DNA of 64,000 nucleotides from an uncultured Gammaproteobacteria bacterium (GCA_943789445.1 CALSUC010000001.1:468758-532757), one strand, 5' to 3'; positions 38,037-48,366 are shown, counted from the first letter of the stretch. Translations and numbers: made by a program. The notes: generated by a model from the sequence alone, not told the origin.

Positions 38037-38975
38037 TTAGCAGTTACTAGCTGGCAGGTTGCAACTGATTTGCTCCGCTAGCTGTGTAATAGGTTGTATT
38101 GCCGGGTCAATTAGCTCTACTTTTGGATAGCTACGCAGCCAAGTGAGCTGCCGTTTGGCTAGTTGGCGGGTAGCAGCAATGCCTTGTTCACGCATATCGG
38201 CATAAGTGATATCGCCTTCTAGATATGACCAGATCTGGCGATATCCAATACAGCGCATCGATGACATGTCCGGTGAAAGAGTCCAATTTTTGCGTAAGGC
38301 CTGTAATTCCTCGACTGCACCATGGTCTAGCATCCAGTCAAAACGTTGTTCGATATTCTGATGTAGCCAGGCCCGGTCTTCAGGAAACAGCCCCCAAGCG
38401 TGAATATCTAGATCATCGCGGGTGGATTTTGGTTTTTGCTGCCACGCGGTCAGGGTGCTGCCAGTATTATCAAAGACCTCTAAAGCACGCTGTATGCGTT
38501 GTCTATCATTAGGATGAATGCGAGCGGCTGCAGTGGCATCGACGGTGCTCAGTCGGTCATGTAATGCGGCTACTCCTTTGAGCTGCATCTCCTCTTCGAT
38601 CTGCTGACGAATCTTATCGTTAGTAGCGGGGAGCTCGGAGAGCCCAAACTGTAGGGCATGGAAATACATGATGGTGCCACCAACCAATAATGGAGTGTGA
38701 CCACGAGCGAGGATTTCATCGATCAGGCGGTTGGCGTCGTTACAGAATTCGGCTACCGAGTACTGCTCATCTGGGTTGCGGATATCAAGTAATGCATGCG
38801 GCGCATCCGCTAACACATCAGCCGTTGGCTTAGCAGTACCAATATTCATCTCACGATAAATCAGGGCAGAGTCGACGCTGATAATTTCACAGGGGTGTTG
38901 GCGGCAGAGCTCTATTGCTAGGTCGGTCTTACCACTAGCCGTTGGGCCCATTAAAAAGATGACGGCAGCAGCCAC
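38037..38975 (-). CDS. miaA: tRNA dimethylallyltransferase
   Basis: GPTASGKT, ISVDSALIYREMNIGTAKP, TRQLAKRQLTWLR. Confidence 0.97.
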   Translation of the reverse strand: MAAAVIFLMGPTASGKTDLAIELCRQHPCEIISVDSALIYREMNIGTAKPTADVLADAPHALLDIRNPDEQYSVAEFCNDANRLIDEILARGHTPLLVGGTIMYFHALQFGLSELPATNDKIRQQIEEEMQLKGVAALHDRLSTVDATAAARIHPNDRQRIQRALEVFDNTGSTLTAWQQKPKSTRDDLDIHAWGLFPEDRAWLHQNIEQRFDWMLDHGAVEELQALRKNWTLSPDMSSMRCIGYRQIWSYLEGDITYADMREQGIAATRQLAKRQLTWLRSYPKVELIDPAIQPITQLAEQISCNLPASNC

Positions 38976-38978
38976 GAT

Positions 38979-40814
38979 TCAACGACCGCGATAAAACAGT
39001 TTGTCGAGATCGGCGATACTGAGTTGAATCCAAGTCGGACGACCATGGTTACACTGGCCACTACGCTCGGTCTCTTCAATCGCACGTAATAAGGCATTCA
39101 TCTCTAATACAGTCATCTTACGGTTGGCTCGAATCGAGCCATGGCAGGCCATGCTAGACAGTGCTTCATTGCGTAAGACTTCGATGCGATCGCTTTCGCC
39201 GCTCTCGTTGAGATCAGATAGCATGTCACGCACCACACCAGCAATATCGGTATCGTTCAATAGCGAGGGTGCTGAGCGTACGACAATCTGTTCGTCGCTG
39301 AGTAAATCCAGTTGTATCCCAAGCTCACTAAATAACGGTTGATGCAGGCTAGCAAAGCGCGCTTCACTCGCGCTCAGGTTGACTTGTAAGGGGACTAAGA
39401 GTTGTTGTGGGGCAAGGTCTAGGCTTTGTGCCTTGAGTTGCTCATAGACGACCCGCTCATGCGCTGCATGCATGTCGACGAGGACTAAGCCTTGCTCATT
39501 TTGAGCTAGTACATAGACGCCATGTAGCTGGCCTAAGGCATAACCTAAGGCGGGCATGTTGTCTTCTGCTTGTACCGCCTCTTGGCCAAAGACCGCCATC
39601 TCATCAATGCTGGCGCTGGTTAACGGTTGATGAGACGTGGGGGATGCACTACTGCCTTGTTGGCTGACTGGGTAGAGCTGTGATGCATGTTCCATGACTG
39701 TCGATGTGTTCAGTCGGGTCTGTTCTGGTGCGCGATAAGAACTGCCGGTATAGCTGGCTAATTTATTCAATTGGTCATGATCAATTGGTGCACTACGAAA
39801 TTCACTCAGGAGTTGCTTTAGCGTGTGCCGACAAAAGTCATGGATCGAGCGGCTGTCGCGAAAACGGACCTCAGTTTTTGCTGGATGTGCATTGACATCT
39901 AAGGTGCTGGGGTCGATCTCAAGAAAAATAACATAAGCCGGTTGTCGGCCATGGTAGAGCACATCTTGATAGGCAAGCTTGATTGCATGTGAGATTGTTT
40001 TATCACGGACATGGCGTTGATTAACAAACTGATATTGCATATCTGCTTGTGAGCGTGAGAAGTTTGGTGTGGCCAGCCAGCCATGTAGTTGTTTGCCATC
40101 GTGTTCATGTTCAAAGTACAACAGGTTTTCGACAAAGCTACGGCCAAGCAATGTTTGTAGCCGACGTTCCTGTGCCTCTTGGTCTAGTGCTGGCGGTAAC
40201 GAAAAGATGGTCTTTTGGTTATGTCGTAGTTCAAAGGCACAGGCAAAGTGTGCCAATGCAACTCGTTTGACGACCTGTTCGCAATGGTTGAATTCAGTCT
40301 TTTCTGCGCGTAAGAACTTGCGTCGTGCAGGTGTGTTAAAGAAGATATCGTTGACGTCAATGTGGGTGCCCTGTGCCTGTCGGGCTGGCTTCAGTAATCC
40401 ATCGCCATCGGTGTCATTAATACGGCCGCCATCAACGGTAATCTGCCACGCTTGCTCACTGTCTACGCTGCGCGAGCTCAAGCTAAAGCGTGAAATGGAG
40501 GCGATACTGGGTAGCGCCTCACCACGAAAACCCATGCTTCGAATGCGATGTAAGTCATCAAAGCTTTCGATCTTTGAAGTGGCGTGTCGAGTCAGCGCTA
40601 GCGTGATCTCATCGGCTGGGATGCCTTTGCCATTGTCGCGTACAGAGATGCGCTGAATGCCACCTTGTTCGAGTTCAACCGTAATGCTACTAGCATCCGC
40701 ATCGATACTGTTTTCAACCAGTTCTTTCACAATCGAGGCAGGCCGTTCGATGACTTCACCCGCAGCGATTTGATTGATTAGGGTGTCAGGTAGTTTTTTA
40801 ATCGATTGGGACAT
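38979..40814 (-). CDS. mutL: DNA mismatch repair protein MutL
   Basis: NQIAAGEVIERPAS, GFRGEAL, DMHAAHER, CNHGRPT. Confidence 0.98.
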   Translation of the reverse strand: MSQSIKKLPDTLINQIAAGEVIERPASIVKELVENSIDADASSITVELEQGGIQRISVRDNGKGIPADEITLALTRHATSKIESFDDLHRIRSMGFRGEALPSIASISRFSLSSRSVDSEQAWQITVDGGRINDTDGDGLLKPARQAQGTHIDVNDIFFNTPARRKFLRAEKTEFNHCEQVVKRVALAHFACAFELRHNQKTIFSLPPALDQEAQERRLQTLLGRSFVENLLYFEHEHDGKQLHGWLATPNFSRSQADMQYQFVNQRHVRDKTISHAIKLAYQDVLYHGRQPAYVIFLEIDPSTLDVNAHPAKTEVRFRDSRSIHDFCRHTLKQLLSEFRSAPIDHDQLNKLASYTGSSYRAPEQTRLNTSTVMEHASQLYPVSQQGSSASPTSHQPLTSASIDEMAVFGQEAVQAEDNMPALGYALGQLHGVYVLAQNEQGLVLVDMHAAHERVVYEQLKAQSLDLAPQQLLVPLQVNLSASEARFASLHQPLFSELGIQLDLLSDEQIVVRSAPSLLNDTDIAGVVRDMLSDLNESGESDRIEVLRNEALSSMACHGSIRANRKMTVLEMNALLRAIEETERSGQCNHGRPTWIQLSIADLDKLFYRGR

Positions 40815-40834
40815 GGCGATTCTATCCTTACGGT

Positions 40835-41182
40835 TTAGCTGAGCAAAACGGCTTGTTCGTCGTTAAGACCAAACATCTGTTGGATGCCATTCAGGGCAAA
40901 GTCACAAAATGCAGTTTGGTTTAATGCCTGTGCCTGCTGATCGATAATATGTTCGGCATCGGCAGTCAAGACTCGGGTTCTATATCGATCAGTAGATCCC
41001 GCCACGGTTTCCTCATGGGTAATGTATACTTCTGGATCGGTTCCACCATCTTTTACTAAAGCCATCATAAAGCAGTAATTCAGGTCATCGCTGCTGCTGA
41101 TGTCACCCAGTAAAGTGGCGGTATATTCGCCATATTTGTATCGGCGTAAGGGTATTGCAGTTTGAATTTTTGGTAAGGCCAC
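40835..41182 (-). CDS. hypothetical protein
   Basis: 115-aa ORF on the mutL strand, 20 nt upstream of mutL, globular composition; no motif recognised. Confidence 0.7.
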   Translation of the reverse strand: MALPKIQTAIPLRRYKYGEYTATLLGDISSSDDLNYCFMMALVKDGGTDPEVYITHEETVAGSTDRYRTRVLTADAEHIIDQQAQALNQTAFCDFALNGIQQMFGLNDEQAVLLS

Positions 41183-41197
41183 GGCAAAGGTTTCGTT

Positions 41198-42034
41198 GTG
41201 ATGGAAAAAATTACACGCTTATTCCCCCCTACGGGGGAGGCGCAATCAGTACAGGGATTGTATCTCAGACCGGGCAGAATTGCTGGTGAAGAAGGTGCAA
41301 TACCACTGGTTTATGCCAATTTTTTATCGAGTCTTGACGGTCGCATCGCACTGGCGGGCGGTGATGATGAACAGTACCAGTTACCACAGCGGCTCAAGTC
41401 CAATTTGGACTTCCGTCTATTTTTAGAACTCTATGCGCATGCCGATTGCATTATTACGCATGGCGGCTATATGCGTTCGCTGCAGGAAAATCGTTTAGGT
41501 AATATTTTGCAGTTGCCGGAGCATGCAGAAACAGAATATCTACATAGATGGCGTACAGAGCAGGGGTTGAAACCAGCCCCTGATGTGATGATTATTAGCG
41601 GCTCTCTGGACTTTCCATGGCATGACTCGCTAGACCAGCACGGCCAAAAAGTACACTTGGCGACTGCTGCTGAAGCGGCCCCTGAACGCATCGATTACTG
41701 GCGAGAAAAGGGCATGGAACCACTACGCTGTGGTCAGGAGCGTTTAGTGGATGTGGAACCATTGATGTCGTTTCTACAGCAACAGGGCTATCGTTCGGTT
41801 TATTTGGTGGCAGGGCCAGAGTTGCTGCATGATTTATTGCGACATAATTATGTACAACGATACTTCACCACTATCTCGCATCAATTGTTGGCAGGTAGTG
41901 ATTTTAAAACAGTCTTGAGTGGGGCGGAGCTTGGAGATCAGGGTGCGCTTGATTTGCGTGGTTTGTTTTATATGCCGCCTAGTGAAGCAGAAGTCGGTCA
42001 GTGGTTTGCCGAATTTGAACCGAATCATATTTAG
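41198..42034 (+). CDS. RibD C-terminal / dihydrofolate reductase-fold protein
   Basis: YANFLSSLDGRIA; VYLVAGPELLHDLL resembling the EGG motif region; no deaminase domain. Confidence 0.75.
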   Translation: MMEKITRLFPPTGEAQSVQGLYLRPGRIAGEEGAIPLVYANFLSSLDGRIALAGGDDEQYQLPQRLKSNLDFRLFLELYAHADCIITHGGYMRSLQENRLGNILQLPEHAETEYLHRWRTEQGLKPAPDVMIISGSLDFPWHDSLDQHGQKVHLATAAEAAPERIDYWREKGMEPLRCGQERLVDVEPLMSFLQQQGYRSVYLVAGPELLHDLLRHNYVQRYFTTISHQLLAGSDFKTVLSGAELGDQGALDLRGLFYMPPSEAEVGQWFAEFEPNHI

Positions 42035-42071
42035 AGTAGCTCAGTGTGGCTCACATTAAAGAGAAAATAGC

Positions 42072-43079
42072 ATGATGGAATTCTTCTTGGACTACGGTCT
42101 ATTTTTCGCTAAAACAATAACCTTAGTCATACTATTTATAGTGGTTCTCACCGCTATATTCTCTCTGGCGGCGCGTGGTCAGCATGCCGATCGTCTAAAA
42201 ATTAAGAATGTGACGCGCCGATATGCAGAGACCAAAGAACGTATGCAACGCGAAGTCCTGCCTAAGAAAGAATTTAAGAAAATTCAAAAGGCACAAAAGA
42301 AGGCGGATAAGGATGAACGGGAACAGAGCCGTAAACGTGTTTTTGTATTGCGCTTTGTTGGCAATATCAAGGCGTCAGCAACAAAATATCTACGCGATGA
42401 GGTCAGCGCTATCCTGTCAGTGGCTGATAAAAGCGATGAAGTGGTCTTGTGCTTAGAAAATGCTGGGGGCTTGGTGCATGAGCATGGCTTTGCGGCTTCA
42501 CAACTGACCCGATTTAAACAGCATGAATTAGGTTTGACGATAGTGGTGGATAAGATCGCTGCTAGCGGTGGTTATATGATGGCCTGTGTTGCCGATAAGG
42601 TCGTTGCAGCCCCTTTCTCAGTGATTGGATCGATTGGCGTGATTGCACAAATGCCTAATTTCAGTCGACTACTAGATAAAAATGGTGTCGATTTCGAGAT
42701 GATTAAGGCTGGAGAAAATAAGCGCACCATCACCATGTTTGGTAAGAATACAGACGAGGATCGTGCGAAATTTACAGAGCAGATTGAAGACACTCATGAA
42801 TTGTTTAAGGACTTTATTCATGAGCAGAGAGCATCGGTTGATCTTGCTAAGGTCGCAACTGGTGAGCACTGGTATGGACGTCGAGCGTTAGAGCTCAATC
42901 TAGTGGATGAATTGATGACTAGTGATGATTATCTATGGCAATTAAGTACTACTGCCGATATTTATGAGGTCAGTCATGTTGTGCCCAAGTCACTTTCAGA
43001 GAAGCTTATGGGTAGCGCTCAATCGGCACTTGATCGAGTATTAACAGCTGTTTGGCATCGGTCTATTTTCAAATCTTAG
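42072..43079 (+). CDS. sohB: S49 family protease SohB
   Basis: N-terminal TM, LENAGGLVHEHGFAASQL, DKIAASGGYMMAC, VATGEHWYG. Confidence 0.95.
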   Translation: MMEFFLDYGLFFAKTITLVILFIVVLTAIFSLAARGQHADRLKIKNVTRRYAETKERMQREVLPKKEFKKIQKAQKKADKDEREQSRKRVFVLRFVGNIKASATKYLRDEVSAILSVADKSDEVVLCLENAGGLVHEHGFAASQLTRFKQHELGLTIVVDKIAASGGYMMACVADKVVAAPFSVIGSIGVIAQMPNFSRLLDKNGVDFEMIKAGENKRTITMFGKNTDEDRAKFTEQIEDTHELFKDFIHEQRASVDLAKVATGEHWYGRRALELNLVDELMTSDDYLWQLSTTADIYEVSHVVPKSLSEKLMGSAQSALDRVLTAVWHRSIFKS

Positions 43080-43096
43080 CTAGTTTTATTCTCGGC

Positions 43097-44449
43097 TTAA
43101 CCTTTAGGGATCTTAAGTTTTTGTCCGACACGAATTTTATCGCCCTTGATACCATTGGCTAAACGTAAGGCTTTGACGCTGACACCATAACGCTGAGCAA
43201 CGCCAGACAGTGTTTCGCCACTGCGAATAATATGCCGATTATTACTTCTACTCGTAGGGGCTTGTGCTAGCTTGCTGTCCTCAGGGGCATTTTTTTGTAG
43301 ATAGCGCCTAATACCATTGAGTACCGCCTTGGCCATTTTTTCCTGGTGTTTCGGAGAGCGTAATTTTTTCTCTTCTGAGCGATTTGATATGAAGGCGGTC
43401 TCGACCAAAATCGAGGGGATATCTGGTGACTTTAAGACGACAAAGCCGGCATGGCCGACTTTTTTCTTGGTCTTGCCTAAGCGTGCTAACTCGGCGATTA
43501 CGTTATGAGCGAGCTCAGTGCTGGCATCGATAGTGGCGGTTTGTGAGAGGTCTAAGATGACATGCTGTAAGACCTTGTCTTTACCGCTTAAGGAGACGCC
43601 ACCAACCATGTCGGCCGCATTCTGTGATCGGGCCAAAATCTTGGCTGCCTCACTACTGGCACCGCGTCTAGATAAAACATAAACCGATGAGCCATGAGCA
43701 CGTCGGCTTTCTACCGCATCGGCATGTATCGAGATAAAGAGATCTGCACGATTCTTACGCGCTTTGCTTGTACGTTCGCGTAGCGTTAGGTAACGATCAT
43801 TACTGCGAGTGAGTATCGCACGCATACCGGGTTGTGCATCTAGCATACGTTTTAGGCGCTTTGTGATCTGCAGTACGACATTTTTTTCGTAGGTACCAGC
43901 ATAGCCGATAGCGCCTGGATCTTTGCCACCATGGCCAGCATCAAGAGCGATGACGATATCGCGTAATGGGCGTCTTTGAATTGGGGCGCTACTGATTGAA
44001 TTAGCCGGTTTCTTACTGGCGGACTGTTTGTTTTTCCCAGCACTCAGGTCGAGCACTAGCCGGTAATTGTTTTTACTGTTAGGTGCGAGTAAGAAATTGT
44101 TGGGCGTGACACGCTGTTTTAGATCAAATACCAGACGTAAAGATGACTTGCGTTGTGCATGACGCATATCACTAATGTGGGTGCCGATAAAGGTGCTGTG
44201 AGTAATTTTTTTAGTCAGTTTAGTGTTTGCGATATCGATGACTAAACGTTCTGGGTCGCTGAGGCTAAAGACTTTATAGGCGGGGCGTTTTTTTGTCTCA
44301 ATCACAATCCGTGTGGTTTGGTCTTTTACAGCAACACGAATATCTTCTACTGCAATCGGTTCCGCTGAAACTGGTGCCAACCAAAATAGGCTGACTAAGA
44401 GTAGGGCGAAGGTACGAATGAGAGATTGCTGATGAGAAGTAGGCGACAT
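43097..44449 (-). CDS. amiB: N-acetylmuramoyl-L-alanine amidase (AMIN + amidase_3 + LysM)
   Basis: LDAGHGGKDPGA, FISIHADA, PSILVETAFISN, LysM HIIRSGETLS. Confidence 0.93.
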   Translation of the reverse strand: MSPTSHQQSLIRTFALLLVSLFWLAPVSAEPIAVEDIRVAVKDQTTRIVIETKKRPAYKVFSLSDPERLVIDIANTKLTKKITHSTFIGTHISDMRHAQRKSSLRLVFDLKQRVTPNNFLLAPNSKNNYRLVLDLSAGKNKQSASKKPANSISSAPIQRRPLRDIVIALDAGHGGKDPGAIGYAGTYEKNVVLQITKRLKRMLDAQPGMRAILTRSNDRYLTLRERTSKARKNRADLFISIHADAVESRRAHGSSVYVLSRRGASSEAAKILARSQNAADMVGGVSLSGKDKVLQHVILDLSQTATIDASTELAHNVIAELARLGKTKKKVGHAGFVVLKSPDIPSILVETAFISNRSEEKKLRSPKHQEKMAKAVLNGIRRYLQKNAPEDSKLAQAPTSRSNNRHIIRSGETLSGVAQRYGVSVKALRLANGIKGDKIRVGQKLKIPKG

Positions 44450-44457
44450 GAGTTTTA

Positions 44458-44925
44458 TTATGCACCCTGCGTGCAATCTAGCCAGCGTTTTTCTTCGGCA
44501 TGTTCGATTTTTATAGTCAGGTCTGGTGAATGTAATAAAGGATTGCCTTTCTCAGGCCATTCAACAAAACAGATCGCGTCGCTACTGAGGTATTCACGTA
44601 TACCCATGAACTCTAGCTCCTCAGGGTCGCTTAAGCGGTAGAGATCAAAGTGATGGATCTTATAAGATGCCAATGTATAGCTTTCAACTAGTGTGAATGT
44701 TGGGCTTTTGACATGGCCTTGATAGCCTAGGGCACGCAGATAACCACGCACAAAGGTAGTTTTCCCAACACCGAGGTCACCTTCTAAAAATACCAATGCA
44801 GGTGCTTGTAGTGTGCCTGCTAGGCGGGCTGCAAACGCCTCCATCGCAGTGCTGGACTCGATTAGAATAGGCATATCAGGTAGGCCGGGTAAGCTCGGCG
44901 AGCTTGGCATATTCGCTAAGGTCAT
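44458..44925 (-). CDS. tsaE: t6A biosynthesis ATPase TsaE (true start probably downstream of 44925)
   Basis: LEGDLGVGKTTF, VKSPTFTLVE.Y, HFDLYRL, VEWPEK. Confidence 0.96.
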   Translation of the reverse strand: MTLANMPSSPSLPGLPDMPILIESSTAMEAFAARLAGTLQAPALVFLEGDLGVGKTTFVRGYLRALGYQGHVKSPTFTLVESYTLASYKIHHFDLYRLSDPEELEFMGIREYLSSDAICFVEWPEKGNPLLHSPDLTIKIEHAEEKRWLDCTQGA

Positions 44926-45005
44926 TATTTTTTATGGTTGCTGATGGTGAGTTTACTTCAATCTAGTTGGTTCACTCTAAAGGCGACAGTGGGTACTATA
45001 GCAGC

Positions 45006-46088
45006 ATGTCTTCTAAGCTTAATTCGTCGTCGCCACAGGAACTCGTGCAGCATATCCAAGAGTGGGCAAAACAGCTTGGATTTAATCATATTGGCATCGC
45101 TGATACCAATCTTGATGAGCATGAGGCCTATTTGTTGCGTTGGTTGGATAAGGGGCACCATGGTGATATGGAGTATATGGCCAAGCATGGCCGGATGCGT
45201 TCAAAACCAGATGAGTTACTCCCAGGGACTTTGCGTATTATCAGTGTGCGCATGGACTATTATCCGCCACGTACACGAGACCCTATTGCCGTTTTAGAAG
45301 ATAGTGATCTGGCCTATATCTCACGTTATACCTTAGGCCGTGACTACCACAAGGTGTTACGCAAACGTCTGCAAAAGCTAGCCGATAAGATTCAGGATGA
45401 GGTGGGTGAATTTGGTTACCGTGCCTTTGTTGATAGCGCGCCGGTATTAGAAAAGCCATTGGCTGAAAAGGCAGGCCTAGGATGGGTCGGGAAACATACA
45501 AATCTGATCTCACATGATGCCGGATCTTGGTTTTTTCTTGGTGAATTGTTTACCGATCTGCCGTTACCGCTGAGCTCAAAAGTAGAAAATGCCTGTGGTA
45601 GCTGTCAGGCCTGTATTGATATCTGTCCCACACAGGCCATTATTGCGCCCTATGAGCTGGATGCACGGCGTTGTATTTCTTATTTAACAATCGAGAATAA
45701 AGGCAGCATTGCGGAAGAGTTTAGGCAGGCGATCGGTAATCGCATTTACGGCTGTGATGACTGTCAATTAGCCTGTCCCTGGAATAGCTTTGCGCAAACC
45801 TCAGAATTAGCCGACTTTGCCGCACGTCAGCAGTTGGATTCATCCCGCTTAGTCGATCTATTTGCCTGGAGTGAAGCCGATTTTCTAAAAAATACAGAAG
45901 GGTCTGCCATGCGTCGCATTGGGCATGAACAATGGCTGAGAAATATCGCGGTAGCACTGGGTAATGCGACCAGTAGTGAAGAGGTCATGCAGGCCTTGCA
46001 AGCGCGTTTAGACTATCCAAGTGCGATGGTGCAGGAACATATCAGTTGGGCAATGGCTCAACATCAAGCAACCAATGTGCAGTGCTAG
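45006..46088 (+). CDS. queG: epoxyqueuosine reductase
   Basis: YISRYTLGRDYHKV, DSAPVLE, CGSCQACIDICPT, CISYLTIE, IYGCDDCQLACPWN. Confidence 0.97.
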   Translation: MSSKLNSSSPQELVQHIQEWAKQLGFNHIGIADTNLDEHEAYLLRWLDKGHHGDMEYMAKHGRMRSKPDELLPGTLRIISVRMDYYPPRTRDPIAVLEDSDLAYISRYTLGRDYHKVLRKRLQKLADKIQDEVGEFGYRAFVDSAPVLEKPLAEKAGLGWVGKHTNLISHDAGSWFFLGELFTDLPLPLSSKVENACGSCQACIDICPTQAIIAPYELDARRCISYLTIENKGSIAEEFRQAIGNRIYGCDDCQLACPWNSFAQTSELADFAARQQLDSSRLVDLFAWSEADFLKNTEGSAMRRIGHEQWLRNIAVALGNATSSEEVMQALQARLDYPSAMVQEHISWAMAQHQATNVQC

Positions 46089-46675
46089 GTCTTTTGCCAG
46101 CTTAAAATATGATTGTTCGCTGGCAGTGCCCAGCAGGCTGCCGCAATTAATCCGTGTTTGAGAGCGAGCTGATCGAGTTTATTTTTATCACGCAGCCCTG
46201 AATGCGGGTCTTGCTGGCGTAGAAATTGATCAAAGGCCTGATTACTTTGGCTGCTGAACTGGTCATCAAAACTAAATGGGCCATAGAGATAAAAACAAGC
46301 GCCGTGGTCGAGTGCTGTGCCTAAACCTCTAAACAGGTCTTCAATCTCTGGCCAATGCATGATGTGCGCAATATTGGCGGCATAGGCGGCATCATAAATC
46401 TGCTTAGGCCAGTCTTGGCTGACATCTAAAACAAAAGCAGGCGGCGTATTATTGAGGCCGGCTGAGTCCAACCAGAGCTGAATGCCTGCTATATGGTCGC
46501 GTTGATCGCTGCAATGCCAGCTTAGATGAGGCAACAGCTTGCTGAAATGTACGGCATGTTGGCCAGTACCACTGCCGATCTCAATGACATGATTAGCGTT
46601 GGCTAATTCAGCTGATAAGACTGTAGCGATGGCTTCTTTGTTTTCATCGGCAGCAGCGGCGAATGGTTTTTTCAT
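46085..46675 (-). CDS. DUF938 family class I SAM-dependent methyltransferase
   Basis: VIEIGSGTGQHAVHF, LYGPF, SNQAFDQFL, LPANN. Confidence 0.88.
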   Translation of the reverse strand: MKKPFAAAADENKEAIATVLSAELANANHVIEIGSGTGQHAVHFSKLLPHLSWHCSDQRDHIAGIQLWLDSAGLNNTPPAFVLDVSQDWPKQIYDAAYAANIAHIMHWPEIEDLFRGLGTALDHGACFYLYGPFSFDDQFSSQSNQAFDQFLRQQDPHSGLRDKNKLDQLALKHGLIAAACWALPANNHILSWQKT

Positions 46676-46698
46676 GGTAACTGGATGAGCACTAAGTG

Positions 46699-48300
46699 TT
46701 AATCACTGCGCTTCATTAGATAGGTGAGTAGAGCTGCAGTAGAGCCATCAAACTCATTACTTATCGATTCGATTTGTAGGCTGTGTAATATCTTATCGCC
46801 TAATGTTTTGCCGAGTTCCACACCCATTTGATCAAAGGAATTGATGTTCCAGATAACACCTTGAACGAAGACTTTATGTTCATATAGAGCCAATAAACTA
46901 CCGAGGCTGAAGGGTGTGAGTCGATCGAACAGTAAGGTGTTGCTTGGGCGGTTGCCGCTAAAACTCATAGCCGGTGCAAGCATATCAATGCGCTCGGCGT
47001 TTTGTGCTCGTAGCATGGCAGTGCTTTCTTCTAAGGTGCGGCCGGTCATCATGGCCTGCGACTGAGCTAGCATGTTAGACAGCAGAATATGGTGATGCTC
47101 TTGGCTATAGGTGGTTTGGCGAAAGCCAATAAAGTCACAAGGAACAGTGGTGGTGCCTTGATGTAGTAATTGGTGGAAAGCATGTTGCCCATTAGTGCCG
47201 GCCTCACCAAAAAGAATAGGGGCAGTTTGATGTGTGCATGGCTGACCCTGACGATCTATGCCCTTACCATTACTTTCCATATCAAGTTGTTGCAGGTAAC
47301 GCGGTAGACTGCGTAAACGATTGTCATAAGGTAGAACAGCATAGGCTGGGAGATTTAAGAAATTTCGATTCCAAATACCGATTAGCGCCATTAATACGGG
47401 TACATTTTTGTTGAAATCTCGATTCTTGAAATGCTCATCCATGGCATAGGCACCGGCCAATAATTGACGAAAATGATCCATACCTAGAAGTAGGGCTAAG
47501 GGTAGGCCAACAGTACTCCAGAGCGAATAACGGCCTCCTACCCAATCCCACATGCTGAGAATGTTGTTAGCAGTTATACCTGCCTTAAGCGCAAGTTCAG
47601 TATTTGCTGTAATGCCTACAAATTGTTTCTGTATGGCTGAGTGATCGCCGGTTTTTTCTAGTAACCAGCGCATACAGCTATGCATATTCGTGCTGGTTTC
47701 TTGTGTGGTAAAACTTTTTGAGATGACAATGAAGAGTGTTTCTGTTGGCTCAATCAAGTCTAAGACTTCATGCATCTCATGTGCATCAACATTACTAATG
47801 TAGTGCAGGCGAACATCTTTTTGTGCGTAGGTCTGTAAGGCTTCACAGGCAAGCTTAGGGCCAAGGTAGGAGCCGCCGATACCAATAACAACAACTTCCC
47901 TCAGTGGTTTATCACTGCTACCCAACCATTTTTTTTGACTGAAACGCTCAACCATTTGTTGCATGCGTTTTAGTTCATGTGTAACTAATGCTTGCTTGGG
48001 GTTTGGTTTATTGTCACGTAATGCTGTGTGTAAGACTTCGCGTTGTTCAGTGTGATTGATGTGATCGCCACTGAAGAGGCGTTCGCGCCAGTGCTCTAAT
48101 TTTTTTTCAGAGGCGAGGGCGAATAACTTATCGAGGGTGACTTGATTGAGACGATTCTTGGAGTAGTCCAAGAGGCCGCCTTCAAATTCCACATGGAACT
48201 GTTGGAACCGATCTGTTTGGCTAGCGAAAAGATCGCGTAGCTGATGATTCTGAATATCCCCTAGGTGTGTATTAAGGGCTTTCCACGCGACTGTGGTCAT
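46699..48300 (-). CDS. pgi: glucose-6-phosphate isomerase
   Basis: IGIGGSYLGP, WDWVGGRYSLWS, LQQLDMESNGK, INSFDQMGVELGK. Confidence 0.97.
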   Translation of the reverse strand: MTTVAWKALNTHLGDIQNHQLRDLFASQTDRFQQFHVEFEGGLLDYSKNRLNQVTLDKLFALASEKKLEHWRERLFSGDHINHTEQREVLHTALRDNKPNPKQALVTHELKRMQQMVERFSQKKWLGSSDKPLREVVVIGIGGSYLGPKLACEALQTYAQKDVRLHYISNVDAHEMHEVLDLIEPTETLFIVISKSFTTQETSTNMHSCMRWLLEKTGDHSAIQKQFVGITANTELALKAGITANNILSMWDWVGGRYSLWSTVGLPLALLLGMDHFRQLLAGAYAMDEHFKNRDFNKNVPVLMALIGIWNRNFLNLPAYAVLPYDNRLRSLPRYLQQLDMESNGKGIDRQGQPCTHQTAPILFGEAGTNGQHAFHQLLHQGTTTVPCDFIGFRQTTYSQEHHHILLSNMLAQSQAMMTGRTLEESTAMLRAQNAERIDMLAPAMSFSGNRPSNTLLFDRLTPFSLGSLLALYEHKVFVQGVIWNINSFDQMGVELGKTLGDKILHSLQIESISNEFDGSTAALLTYLMKRSD

Positions 48301-48325
48301 AGGGTTTGAGTGTAAAGTTAGAAAC

Positions 48326-48353
48326 AAAAAAACGGGCCTGGAGCCCGTTTTTT
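48326..48353. terminator. bidirectional-type intrinsic terminator
   Basis: A7-CGGGC-CTGGA-GCCCG-T6. Confidence 0.8.
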
Positions 48354-48366
48354 ATTGAACTAAACC

